DNA of 63,431 nucleotides, counting the filler, from Welwitschia mirabilis (lineage: Eukaryota): assembly GCA_051453625.1 (NCBI GenBank). It is 4 parts of one record of this genome, joined end to end, with 100 filler letters (N's around TTAATTAATTAA, not from the genome) between each part and the next. Parts side by side here need not be neighbours in the genome. Positions count along the whole stretch, not along the records: positions 49,577 to 60,194 come from JBOZIK010000001.1; positions 60,295 to 63,431 come from JBOZIK010000001.1; 2 more parts are not named here. The stretch is one strand, 5' to 3'. The translations under genes and the position numbers were made by a program. Positions 51,360 through 63,431 of this stretch are shown here, piece by piece; within the stretch, counting starts at the first letter, position 1, and each line of letters begins with the position of its first letter. The notes below the pieces were generated by a model. That model did not search any database, was not told where the DNA came from, and saw only the letters and a program-made list of their open reading frames with translations.

Positions 51360-54128
51360 CACTTAGTTGATTAACATCAACCTCAAAGGAAAAACTTTGA
51401 GTTGGATTTAAGATTAAACCATTATGAAGAAAACTTAAATATTTTGGTTGGTACCAACTCAAAATAGAAACTTTGAGTTAGATCTCAAGCCAACTTGTTC
51501 ATCTTATTTTACTTCAAAACCTATAATTAAACAAAATCTCATGATTGACTAAAACCAACTCAAATTCAACTTTAAGTTAGATTTCAAGTGAACTTGAAGT
51601 CAGAACTTTGAATCAATTTTAAGTTGGATCATTAGTAAGCAAGTTCTAGAAGTTAACTGACATTAGTCCAAAGCCAAAGATTTAGACTAGATTTTAAGCT
51701 AACTTCACTTTTTAAACTTGCTTCTAGAAGAGGAAGATCTCATTCTTGATGCCCCCTCATCTTACCTATATAACTCTATCATGAAACGTTTTTTTTAATT
51801 ATTGCTTACTTTTATAATGATGATAGTTAGAATTTAAAGGAGCCCATGATGACCATCTTTAAACTCTTTTAATCATCTCCACAACATATTTGATTGTCCC
51901 CATTAAGAACTCGAGAGTTCTCGATGATCCTTGTTGAACCCAATATTATAGATTCATCATCACTTAAATATGCCTTTACATTACCTCATCATTTCATTTA
52001 AACTTGTTCTCAATGATCCCTCCTCATTCTTAATGACCTCCACCTAAAGATCAGTTCCACATTATCTCAACCACATTAGCGTCCATGATATTAGCTCTAA
52101 CTCAATAATTTTTTTGAATTTACACCTTATCAACATCTAGTTTAGATTTTTTATTAGCATCAATAGAGTATGAAAAAGCTCTAGTCCAATCTATTTTAGT
52201 TTTAGTTCATGATTGAGTTTACTCCTCAATCATGAAAAATTAATGTAATTGCAAGTACAAGTTTTTACCTATATTAAATAAGAGTCAGGTCTATAACTTT
52301 CACATTTCGCATCCTTCTATTTTTTCATGCTCTATTATGTTTTCTTATGCTTTAAAATTCATGGTAAGTCAGTTTCACAAAAAATTTTTAAGACAACTCT
52401 AGCATTTGATATTAGAGATTGTAGGAAGAGGACTAGGATATCAACAAGAAGAACATCAAAGAGAGCTTTTGGTAAGAAGGGTAGTCATCACAATGAATTT
52501 GATGATCTTAGATAGTTCTCGATGGCCCTAATTGAATCCTTTTTATGAAAAAATTGACCATCCATGTTATAACACTCTTAAGAGTTTACAACAAAAATAT
52601 TCTTAGTGAAGTTTTAAGCAAAAAGATTGTCTTGAAAAGTTGAATAAAATATTTGAGGAAATGGGTCTATGCTCTAGCCAAATGCAAATGATACTTTATG
52701 GGAAGCATATTAATAAAGCATTGGAGGAAGTTTCTAGTAGTAGAAAAACTCCCAAGATATGAAGAGATGAAAGCAATTAAAGTAAATGGATTACATTTTT
52801 AGAAGAAATATACTTAATGATGAGTTCTTGTATAGAAATTCATGAATTTTGTATAATAAATTCATGGTTTGTATAATATAAAGTGATCAACATAATTCAG
52901 GAGACCCATGATTACATTTATGCAATTATTGGGATTAAAAGTTCTAATTTTAAGTTTAAAAAGTAAGGACAGTTTTAGAGAATTAAAATTATAGCACAAG
53001 AATCTACAGCTTCTACTTTACTGAGCTTCTTGTACTATGAACATGCTAAGAGTAATCTATCCTTTATGAATTAGGCATTCGAAGCATCCCTAACCCAAAT
53101 CTCTATTTTTCTCTTTTGTATATATTTATGTATTAAGGGACTAACAAAACCTTGAGCATGAGGGAACTAATGAGGATAAATTTTAATCTAAATTGTGCTT
53201 ATTAATGAAGTGTTTTCATTATATTAATCATGCATTTTAAATAACATTAGATGTTTTTATTTATTAGTATAATTACTAATCAATACATTAGTTAGTTAGC
53301 ATGTTAGTATGCTAGTATGTATATTTTATTATTGTGTTTTAGGTACAGGATGCCATGTGACATGAAGATAAAAGAGAAGGTTGAGATGACAAAGAAGTAG
53401 TAACAAACCCAAACCATATACCCATTCATAAGGAGTAAAGAATAGAAACACAAAAACAAATAAGGGTATAAGAATAGGATCATCACCAAAGGTGGGGATC
53501 TTTTTGACAAAATGTTCTAAGAATAGACAAGGTAACAAGGTCAAGAAAGGGAGCTTCAGCTATACTACAAAGGGTGTAGTAGCATTTTCCATACCTCATA
53601 GTATTACCTACAAAGAGGAACATAAGCCTTAGTGTATCTTTATGTAACAATTGATATTTCAATATGAAGCTGAAAGGCATATTTGAGTATCATTGTGTGC
53701 ATACTTTATATTATTTGAAAAAGTAATATTATCTCTATTTGCTCTTATTTATGCAACTAAACATAAATTAGGATAATTAACAATGCTTAGAAATAAGGAT
53801 TATCTAGCATATCATCTAAGTGCTATCATGCTTTATTACTTTCAGCATTCCTTCTTATGTAATATATATACATAGTAATTTAGTAGTAATAAACCAACCT
53901 GACTAGTTCAAGTAACTTCATCATGAGACTATTGGAATAATGCATTTTGAACTAAATGGTTAAATCTCAACTACTTTTTTGGTAAGCCTTTGGTTATTTT
54001 TATTTAATAGTGTGAGCTTATTTTAGATTAACAGTAGCATATTTTCTGCATTTTTTCTAGTATGATTCTATATTGTTTTATATTATTTAGTGATATTTTC
54101 TGCACTTATTTTATCATATAAGAACTCA
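51360..54128 (+). mobile_element. Second copy of the Athila-like 3' region (hairpin array, shortened extra-ORF region, PPT, LTR 53171-54128)
   Basis: 51460-52360 aligns with 21006-21995; 53100-54128 aligns with 24920-25920; may extend left toward 49577. Confidence 0.78.
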
Positions 54129-57100
54129 TGAACCCCCCACGTCATTTTACCCATAAGGTAAAGAAACTATTTTACTTAGTAAAATTCATTAATGACAAAT
54201 TGAATGGACTTAATATAAAAGTGATATGGACATGTAAATGACAATGACAAGATTGATCAATGACAATTTAGATGAGCTTGTGTAGACATTAATAAGATTT
54301 ATAAAAGAGAAGTTGTAAGAGCTTATGTAAGAAGTAAAAGTAATGTATGAATGAAAAAAGAAATCTTATTTATGACTCATGCATGTAATTTGGATGAGTA
54401 ATTTTATTTCTTTAATTAACAAGATTAATTACATACATCATTTTCTCATGCTAGACCCTTATTAATCCTTCATAGGCTCATAATCAATCCAAAACATATT
54501 TAAAATGCATTGGAAGAACAAATGCATCAATTTCAAAATTTTTATGTGATATATAAGAAAAATAATATTTCATTCATAAAGTAATTTTACAAATATCTAT
54601 AAAAATAAAATTCATGGTAGAATTAATTCTACTCATTCATTCATTTTGGTTTATAGATAAGAGTGTATGTCCTTATTCAAATATTTACACTCTTCATAAT
54701 CCATCACATTAACAACATAAATCACAATAAAGGAATGCCATAATTAAATGTAAGAAAAATGTTATAATGAAATGTAAGAAAATGTCATAATTAAATGTAA
54801 AAAAATGTCATAATTAAATGTAATAAATTGTCATAGTTTAACACAGTACTCTTACTTATTATTCTTTCACTTTTACTAAGTAATTTTAGTTTCTTTTTAT
54901 ATTTGAATGAGGCACATGGATAAATGATTAAAATAATTATCATAAATAAGCTTATTTAGTATTAAAATTATTAAAATTATTCTTATTATTTAAAAATAAT
55001 AAAATTACTCAAAACTAGGATTAATTAATTAAGTAACCTTATGAGTATGTGTAAATCAAAATATATTTTTGGCATAATACATTATCAATTATAAGGTCGT
55101 CCATTGTTTCTCACTAAAAAAAAGGATTTTCATTAAAATTGATATCAAAATGTATTACATAATTTAGATACTCTTATGATGATATCATTATTATTACTAA
55201 TTAAATATTATAAAATGTGAATTATATCATACTTCCTTAGTTAAAAAGGATTCACTCCTTAGAATTAAAGTTCATAATGATTTAAGACTCTAAGATTATA
55301 GAATCTAAAAAGACTTGGATATTGATTTTTTATTAATTCTTCTAGCTCCCAACTAGCTTCATTAGGACTATGATTACTCTATTTTATCTTTACTTGATCG
55401 ATATCCTTGTTTTGCTAAGTAATAATTCATTGTTCCAACACTACTTCTGACTCCTCTATAGTCGAACAATTAGGTTTCACCTGAATATAAGATTAATTCA
55501 ACAAATGAGAAGGATTTTCAATATAATTTTTTAGTATATGAATATGAAAAACTTTATGCATGTGGAACAAATGGGAAGGTAGAGCAAGTTTGTATACAAT
55601 AGCTTTAATACATTCTAATATTTGAAATGGTCCAATAAATCTAGGGCTAATTTTGATCTTTTAACTTCTTACATAATTAATTTAATTAGTGAAACTTGAG
55701 GAAGTCATGATCACGTAATTGGAATTCAAGATCTCTTCTTAAATGATATGCATGCATATTTTTTATTTCTTATAATATTTCTAGTCCTATCATTAATCTT
55801 TTCATAGGTTTTGTCCATGTAGTGGGTGTTTTTTATTTCCTATTATATAAAGCTTCAAATGGAGCCATTTGAATAGAACTTTGATAAATATTATTATATG
55901 AAAATTTCACTCATTATAGGTATTCTTCCCAACTCTTAGGCTTATTAAGAATACATGCTCTAATAAGATCCTCTAGGATCTAATTGATCCTTTTTGCTTT
56001 ATCATATATCAGAGAATGGGGTGTTGTGGACATATCTAGCTTAGTTCTTAAACCTAATTGTAGCTCTTCTATAAATTTAGAGGTAAATTTTGAATCTCTA
56101 TTATAAATAATCACTAAGGGTAAACTATTAAAAAAATAACATTTTGAATGTACACTTTAGCTATATCCTTAGTAGTATAAGTAGACTTTACTGAAATAAA
56201 ATGTACTAACTTAATTGTCCTATCAATTATAACCATGATTAAGTCATTACTTATTAGTATTCTTGGAAGCTCTTATATAAAATCCATGCAAATCACATTC
56301 CATTTATGTTCTGGAATGTTATAAGAATAAAGTAGTCCTCCTATATTCCTATGTTCTGTTTTAACTTACTAATAATTTAAATAGTTTGATACAAATTCTG
56401 ATATATTATTTTCCATTCCTAGCCACCAAATTTTTTGCTTCACATTTTTATACATTTTTATTACTTTAAGATGATTTGATATTAGCAAAATTATAAAATT
56501 CAAACATTAGATTTTATCTAATTTCGCCTACATTAGGAACTAAGAATATTCCTTTGAATTTAATAACACCTTTTGAATTAATATTAAAGTCTACTGAATC
56601 TATTGATTTTTTTAACCTATCCTTTAATTTTTGATAATTTTCATCTTTATTTTAACCCTCTATAATAATAGTAGGTATTTAGATTTGAATTTCCATATTA
56701 TTTTAAGATATCCATATCTACTAAGAGCATTTGCAACTTTATTCCCTTTGCCCTCATGGTGTAAAATTTTAAGATCACAGTCAGACAAAAATTCCATCCA
56801 TTTTATTTGACTTAGGTTCTTGTTTAGTTGGATAAAAATGTATTTTAAAATCTTATTATTAGTCTAAAATTAAGATCTAACACCATAGAGATAATCCTTT
56901 CATAACTTTAAATAAAATGTTACTACATCTAATTCAAGATCATTAATAGAATAGTTTCTCTCATGTGTCTTAAGTTGCCTTGATCTATAGTCTGTTACTA
57001 TTTCATTTGGTTCAATAATAGTACCAAGACCTTCTCTTGATGCATCACTAGAAGCTAAAAAGATCTTAGAATCATCTGGCATTGCTTAAACTAGAGCACT

Positions 57101-60100
57101 AATTAAACACTCTTTAATATGAACAAAGGATTATTAACATTTTTCTGTCCACTAAAATTCTTTATTTTTCCTTAATAAACTTGTTACTAAAGAAGCTACC
57201 TTAGAGAAGTTAAAAATGAATCAATGATAGTACTCAGTAAGAATAAGGAAGCTTTTAGCTTCAATAATAGTTCTAGGTATTGACCATTTCATTGTTATCT
57301 TAACTTTATTTAGATCAATTGAAATACATTCCTTAGTTACTACATTGACCAAGAACTAAGTGGATTCCTTTTAGAAAGAATATTTTTCCATATTAGCATA
57401 TAGTTGATTATTTGTTAAAGTATTCAAGACTATTCTCAAGTATTTCTAATGTTCTTCATAAAACTTACAATAAATGTAAATGTCATTAATGAACACAATT
57501 ACAAAGGAATCAAGTGTGCTTGGAAGATGTAATTCATAAGGATCATAAATAATGCAAGGTCCTTAGTTAAACTAAAAGGTATAATAGTGAACTCATAATG
57601 CACATAGCAAGTTCTAAAAGATATTTTATAAATATATTATTTCTTAATTTTAACTTGATAATATTCAGATTTTAAATCAACTATGGAAAATACATTAGCT
57701 TCCTTGAATTGGTTAAAGAGGTCATCTATTCTTGGTAATGAATACCTGTTCTTAAATATAACTTTATTTAAATATCTATAAACAATGCATAACCTAAGTG
57801 TTCCATCCTTTTTCTTTACAAACAACATTGGTATGCCTCATGGTGATACACTATGATGAATGAAATCCTTTTTGTAAAAGTTCTTTAAGCTAAATTTTTA
57901 ATTCTTTCATTTTCATAGGAGAAATTTTATAAGGTTCCTTGGAAATAGGTTGAGTTCCTAGAATCAAATCAATAGCAAACTTAATCTCTTAAATAAGTGG
58001 TGTTCCTAGTAGTTGTATTGTAAATACATTAAGATAATTTTAGATTATTAGTATATTTCCCACTAAAGTTTCTTCTTCCTTTATGTTGGCTGATTTTAGA
58101 TAAAGAATATTGGCTTTAATTAAGGTATTCATAGCTGATTTAGATTGACATTGAAAGGTTATTATTTATTCATGATTTGTCATCTTCACTTGTTACTTTT
58201 CACAATTTATTACTGCCTCATTCTACATTACCCAACTCATCCTAAAACAACATCATACTTTTATAGATTGATAAACATTAATTGAATTTGGAAATCTCCC
58301 CTACTTATAGATAAAGTACAATTTTGGACCTAATGATTAACCTTATTTATGGACCTATTTGAAAGCTCTACGCATTCCTCAATTGGAGTACAACATAATT
58401 TTTCTCTTGGAAAAACTCTAAGGGATATAAAGTAATGAGTTTCTCTACAATCAAATAAAATAATTATTTCTATCTTATTAAGTAAATATTTACATTCTAT
58501 GACTAAGCTCTAAAATTAGGATCCTTAGTTATCTATTGTTGCTCACATTCATCTAATTGGTTACTAAGTAGCTCTTAGTAAGTAATAGATATTATTTTAC
58601 CTTTATAATTGAAGCATTAAAATCCATTATAAGACTAATCTTAGTAATAACTCTAGTTAGGATTCTACTTAAAATTAATTTCTTGTGATTGATTGCGTAC
58701 ATAACTTAACTATTGAATGATGCATGCTTGTTTTAGTTGAAATTTCTAGTTTTGCTAATATTATTAGAAACATTACTCCTATTGAAATTCCAATTCTTAT
58801 TGCGATGAGACACATGTAATTTATTTCCCTTAAAGTTAGAATCCTTGGGAGGAATTTGTTTCTTATTTTCTTATTGTCTTTGCCAATTTTACCCTACTAT
58901 GTTTTCTTTTTCTATAGCCTTAGCTAAAGTTCTAGTTTAAAACATAAATACTTTGGTACTAATAGAAGAAAGAAGATTATCAATGAAAAGATTTACTTTG
59001 ACTTTTTCATCAAGATGCATATGCAATATATATCTTAATAGTTTCACAAATTTACATTTATGAGAAGCTATGATCACATTAGGTGCTTTTCTGATATTGT
59101 AGAATTTGGTAATCTTTTGGCAAATGTAGAACTTAGTAATATACTTTTCTTTAAATATGCATTCAAGCTCTCCCCATGAAATTTTCACCTTACCTAACTT
59201 TTTCATCTTTGTTTCCATCATAAGTTAGCTTCTTCTTGTAACATGTAGATAGCTAAAGAAGCCTTTTCATATTTATCAAATCCTAAGATGCCTATATCTT
59301 CTCAACACCACTTAATCATGCTTCTACTTTTGATGGTTCTAAACCTCATATAAACTTTGGTGGGTTTAACTTAATAAATGTTTGAATTAACTTATTCATC
59401 CCCATGTTTTTATTAGATTGATTAGTACCACTATTTATTTATGGATTTTGACCTTGATTTAACATTTATGATAGAAATTACATGAATGTACTCATTAGCA
59501 CTTCTGGATTAAGAGTAATAGGAGGTTGATTTTCATCATTATGTTGTTGATTAATCCTTCAGTTATCTTAATGTTGACTCATTGGTGTAATTGAATTAGC
59601 TTCAAGGCTTGCTTGACGACAATAAGACATCTAAAAGGGGCAAAAATTATTATCAGATTTAGTTGATAAGAGGTAAATATTAGATTAAAAGTTGAAGTTC
59701 ATATGTTCTTAATAAAGATTGTGTTATAACCATTAGGTAGTTAATTTAAAATCAATGATCAACTTAATTCCTCTTCCTTACTCACAAAGGGATTTATTCT
59801 ATTAGACTCATAAGTTACTTATAAGGGTTATAATTAGAAAGCATGAGGGGAATTATATAATTGATCATGTAGTTAATATAAACTAAATAAATGTTTAATT
59901 TATTATATTATATATATTTAAGGGTATATATATGTATGATATATTCATTTATGTTTTTCTTAAAATGATCAATCTTTATAAGCTATCATATGAGATTATG
60001 GGTTTCATAAGTAAAAATCATAATCCCTATCTACAAGGTAATAAAGTTTTGAAAGACATGATTAAGTACTAATTATCCATTTAAGATTACTTAACATTTA

Positions 60101-60194
60101 GAATTAGCATGGAAATAATTAACTTAATGATTATTTAGAGATTAAGATTATCATGGGTATAATCAACTTGATAATTAAGTAATCATTATGATTT
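54129..60194 (-). mobile_element. Degenerate Tekay/Del-like Ty3/gypsy element (gag, PR, RT, RNase H, integrase, PPT, 3' LTR ~54129-55229)
   Basis: [22 protein letters not shown]...[12 protein letters not shown] (57637-57828); SDASREGLG...SRQLKTHERNYSINDLEL (56900-57082); gag ORF 58937-59221; purine tract on minus strand ~55231-55240. Confidence 0.9.
54734..54835. repeat. ~24-bp tandem repeat, about 4 copies (AATGTCATAATTAAATGTAAGAAA) inside the LTR
   Basis: Directly visible. Confidence 0.85.
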
Positions 60195-60294
60195 NNNNNN
60201 NNNNNNNNNNNNNNNNNNNNNNNNNNNNNNNNNNNNNNTTAATTAATTAANNNNNNNNNNNNNNNNNNNNNNNNNNNNNNNNNNNNNNNNNNNN
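60195..60294. other. Artificial scaffold-joining spacer
   Basis: 44N-TTAATTAATTAA-44N. Confidence 0.95.
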
Positions 60295-60819
60295 AGCTGA
60301 TTTTACAAAAATTAGGTGCTTTTAAACTTCTATGAATAAGATATCTATAAACTTGATAATGAGGAAAAACTTTTAGTGAACACTTGCATTGGCTATAGGA
60401 CTATATGAAACCCTTTCTTAACCGTTTATGCTTTGATAGGAGTGCCCAACGTTCATCTTTGCTTATTTCCGTGTGTCATCGGATAGTCTATCGAATGTCT
60501 CAAGATAAAAGGTTGGATGTCCCATTTTTATTTGGGAATTAATAGGTAATTTGAGATAGGCTCGGACATCCTGAGATAGAAGGTCAGATGTCCTGGTACA
60601 TTTCACTAGTTACAAGGTTAGACGTCCCAAGGCAAAAGGTCAGATGTCCCAGTACATTTCCAGATTTTGCCTGAGTTTGCTTGACCGAGTTTGCTTTCAG
60701 AGTTTGAGCTGGAACTTTGACTTGGAAATAATTTTGTCGTTTCATTATTGAAATAGACATGTTACTCAACAATCTCAACTCCGTAATCGTGTAAGGTGTG
60801 CATCATCCATAACAACTAA

Positions 60820-63140
60820 GTGTAGTAAGCTGCAACAGATATATACTCAGCTTTAGCCATGAAGAGGGATATGAAGCTTTGTTTCTTGGAACTCCAAGCA
60901 ATAAGATGATTTATAAGAAAGTACCATGTTCTACTTGTACTTTTCCTATCATCTGTGCATTCGGCCCAATCGCATCACTACACCCAACTAGATCAAGTGA
61001 GGTATCCCAAGGAAACCAAATACCAAAATTGCTTGTATGTTTAAGATATCAAAAAATTCTTTTGACTGAAGAGAGATGAGATTCCTTAGGATTGGATTAA
61101 TATCGAGCACATACACCAACACTAAAAGAAATATTAGGTCTACTAGATATTAAATATAACAAACTGCCAATCATACGTCGATGCATGGATTGATTTACAG
61201 GTTTACCTGATTCATCCTTGTTGTTTTTTGTGGATGTAAACATAAGAGTGCAAATCTCTTTCTCTTAATCGAGTTTGTACTTCTTTAAACGCTCCTTATC
61301 ATATTTCAATTGAGTAAGAAGAATACCATGCTTGAGCTATTTAATCTGCAAGCCTATGAAAAAAATTGAGCTCTTCAAGCATGCTCATTTCAAATTGTCT
61401 TTGCATAATCTTAGAAAATTTAAGTGTTAGTTTTTTATTTGTAGCCCCAGAAACTATGTCATTAACATATATTTATAAGATAAGAGTGTCTTTGTTAGTT
61501 TTTTTAATAAATAAAGTGGGATCAACATTACTGCTTTTGAAGCCATTTTCTAACAAAAAATTTGATAACCTTTTATACCAGGCTCTTGGAGCTAGCTTGA
61601 GACCATATAAAGCCTTTTTAAGCTTGAACACATGTTCTTGATTATTAGAATCAATGAACCCTGGTGGTTGCTTAACATAAACTTCTTCTTCAATAAAACC
61701 ATTTAAAAAACCACTCTTCACATCCATTTGAAAAAGTTTAATATACATAGCACAAGCATAAGCTAACAATAATCTAATAAATTCAAGCCTCACAACCAAA
61801 GCAAAGGTCTCTCTATAGTCTATGCTTTCTTCTTGACTGTACCCTTGTGCTACTAATCAAGCTTTGTTCTAAACTATTGTGCTTGATTTATCTAATTTTT
61901 TATAAACCCATTTTGTAGTAATAATGTGTTTACCTTGTGGTCTTGGCACTAAGTTTCATACTCCATTTTTTTTAAACTATAGGAGTTCCTCTTGCATGGC
62001 TTCTAACCATTCCTCATGTTGCTTTGGTTCAGCTATATTTCTAGGTTCAATATGAGATACAAAACAAAAATGAGTACAAATATAGTTTATACCTCATCTG
62101 GTACTTATCCCTGAATCTAGGTTCCCAATGATTTGATCAAATGGATGATCCCTTCTAATTCTGAGAAGAAGAGATAAACATTCTTGAGAAGCAATAGGTT
62201 CAGAAGTATCATCAATCTCCTCCTCATCAGCTTTGCTTGTAACATCTTACTGATTACCTTGAGTATCATTATCAAGAGTAGGTATGAATTCATCCTCATC
62301 ATCTCTGCTCGTCTTGCTATTATTATCAAACTCTAAAATTTTAACATGAATAGATTCTTCAACCTTATTTGAATCATAGTTAAAAACTCTATAGGCTTTG
62401 CTTTTCAAAGAATATCCAATAAAAATACCTTGCATATCTTTAGGCTGGAATTTACCTAGATTCTTGTCATTCAAAATAATCTATTTACTATTAAAGACCC
62501 TGAAATACTTAACCATTGGCTTCTTACCATTCCATAGTTCATAAGAGGTGCTTTAAGTACCAACCCTTAGAAAGATCTTGTTTGATATGTAGCAAGTAGT
62601 ACTTACAGCCTTAGGCCAAAACTATCTTGGAAGATTATGTTCTTCTAGCATTATCCTTACCATTCCTAGTAAAACTCTATTCTTCGTTTCTGCCACCTCA
62701 TTTTGCTGAGGTATTTGAGGAGCTGCAAATTGATGAAATATACCATAGCTATTACAAAAGTTAATAATATTTTCACTTTTAAACTCACCTCTATGATAAG
62801 ACCAGATTTTCTTAATTGTGAGGCCCTTTTCATTTTGAATTTTTCTACAAAGATGGCAAAACTTATCAAATGCATCAGATTTAGAATGCAAAAATTTAAC
62901 CCAGGTATATCAAGTAGAATCATCAACAACCACCATAAAACATCTTTTGCCACTTCAACTTTGAAATTTTGTAGGCCTTACTAAATCTAAGTGCAACATA
63001 TCTAGAGGTTTCTTTGAGGATATTTCAAGCTTGGATTTAAAAGAAGATTTCATGATTTTGCTTACTTGACAATGTTTATACAAGTTAGAATTGGAAAAAC
63101 TAAGTTTGGGTAACCCTCTAACCAACTCTTGTTGAGATAT
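60820..63140 (-). mobile_element. Ty1/copia (SIRE-like) pol fragment: integrase, RT, start of RNase H
   Basis: FQMDVKSGFLNGFIEEEVYVKQPPGF...KLKKALYGLK (61473-61799); GIFIGYSLKSKAYRVFN (62247-62474); integrase core 62622-62891; AKAEYISVAA (~60828-60858). Confidence 0.92.
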
Positions 63141-63431
63141 TCAACTTCAAGTAAAGCATATTGAGTCTTTAACAAACTATCTCGTAAAGTTGAAGAATCC
63201 ATTCATATCAAAATTGATGAATCTAATCCAAGCCATGCAGTCACAAAGTCAGGTGATGACTATTTAAACATTCCATCTTCCTCTTAAGATAATCTCAGAT
63301 CCTCAATATCCTCTCATAATGAATCTTCTTCAAATATGCAAAAGTGCTCATCTCTTCCACTAAATGCCAGAAGAGATCATCCTGAAGACTGCATTGTGAG
63401 TGATCCATCTGAAGGGACAACTACTCGAAGT
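63136..63431 (+). mobile_element. Second SIRE-like copia pol fragment in opposite orientation
   Basis: YSTSSKAY*VFNKLSRKVEESIHIKIDES and RRDHPEDCIVSDPSEGTTTRS on the + strand. Confidence 0.8.

Noticed and set aside
24990..54128. The two ~0.95-kb LTRs as ends of one 29-kb element capturing the SNM1 exon
   Set aside because: Both are preceded by a PPT and the same internal sequence (both are 3' LTRs), no PBS after the first, and a scaffold join lies between them

Overview
Very AT-rich, transposon-dominated land-plant nuclear DNA (large-genome, gymnosperm/fern-like; species cannot be fixed from sequence alone). The window is four assembly pieces joined by artificial 100-bp spacers (44 N + TTAATTAATTAA + 44 N at 20906-21005, 49477-49576, 60195-60294), so continuity across them is unproven. 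The only host gene is the first coding exon (34841-36004, +) of an SNM1/PSO2-family DNA cross-link repair gene (At2g45700/DCLRE1A type, UBZ-type zinc finger), followed by an apparently very long TE-filled intron. The rest is nested, heavily C>T/G>A-decayed retroelements: two Tekay-like and one CRM-like Ty3/gypsy, Athila-like elements (one with an env-like extra ORF), Ty1/copia (SIRE-like) fragments, a near full-length L1 LINE, an RTE/RTEX-like LINE and a 2.46-kb non-autonomous LTR element. The most unusual signal is an array of short hairpins whose stems differ between units but stay self-complementary, upstream of the Athila env-like ORF and present in two copies of the element. Family assignments come from remembered motifs, not database searches; many boundaries are approximate.
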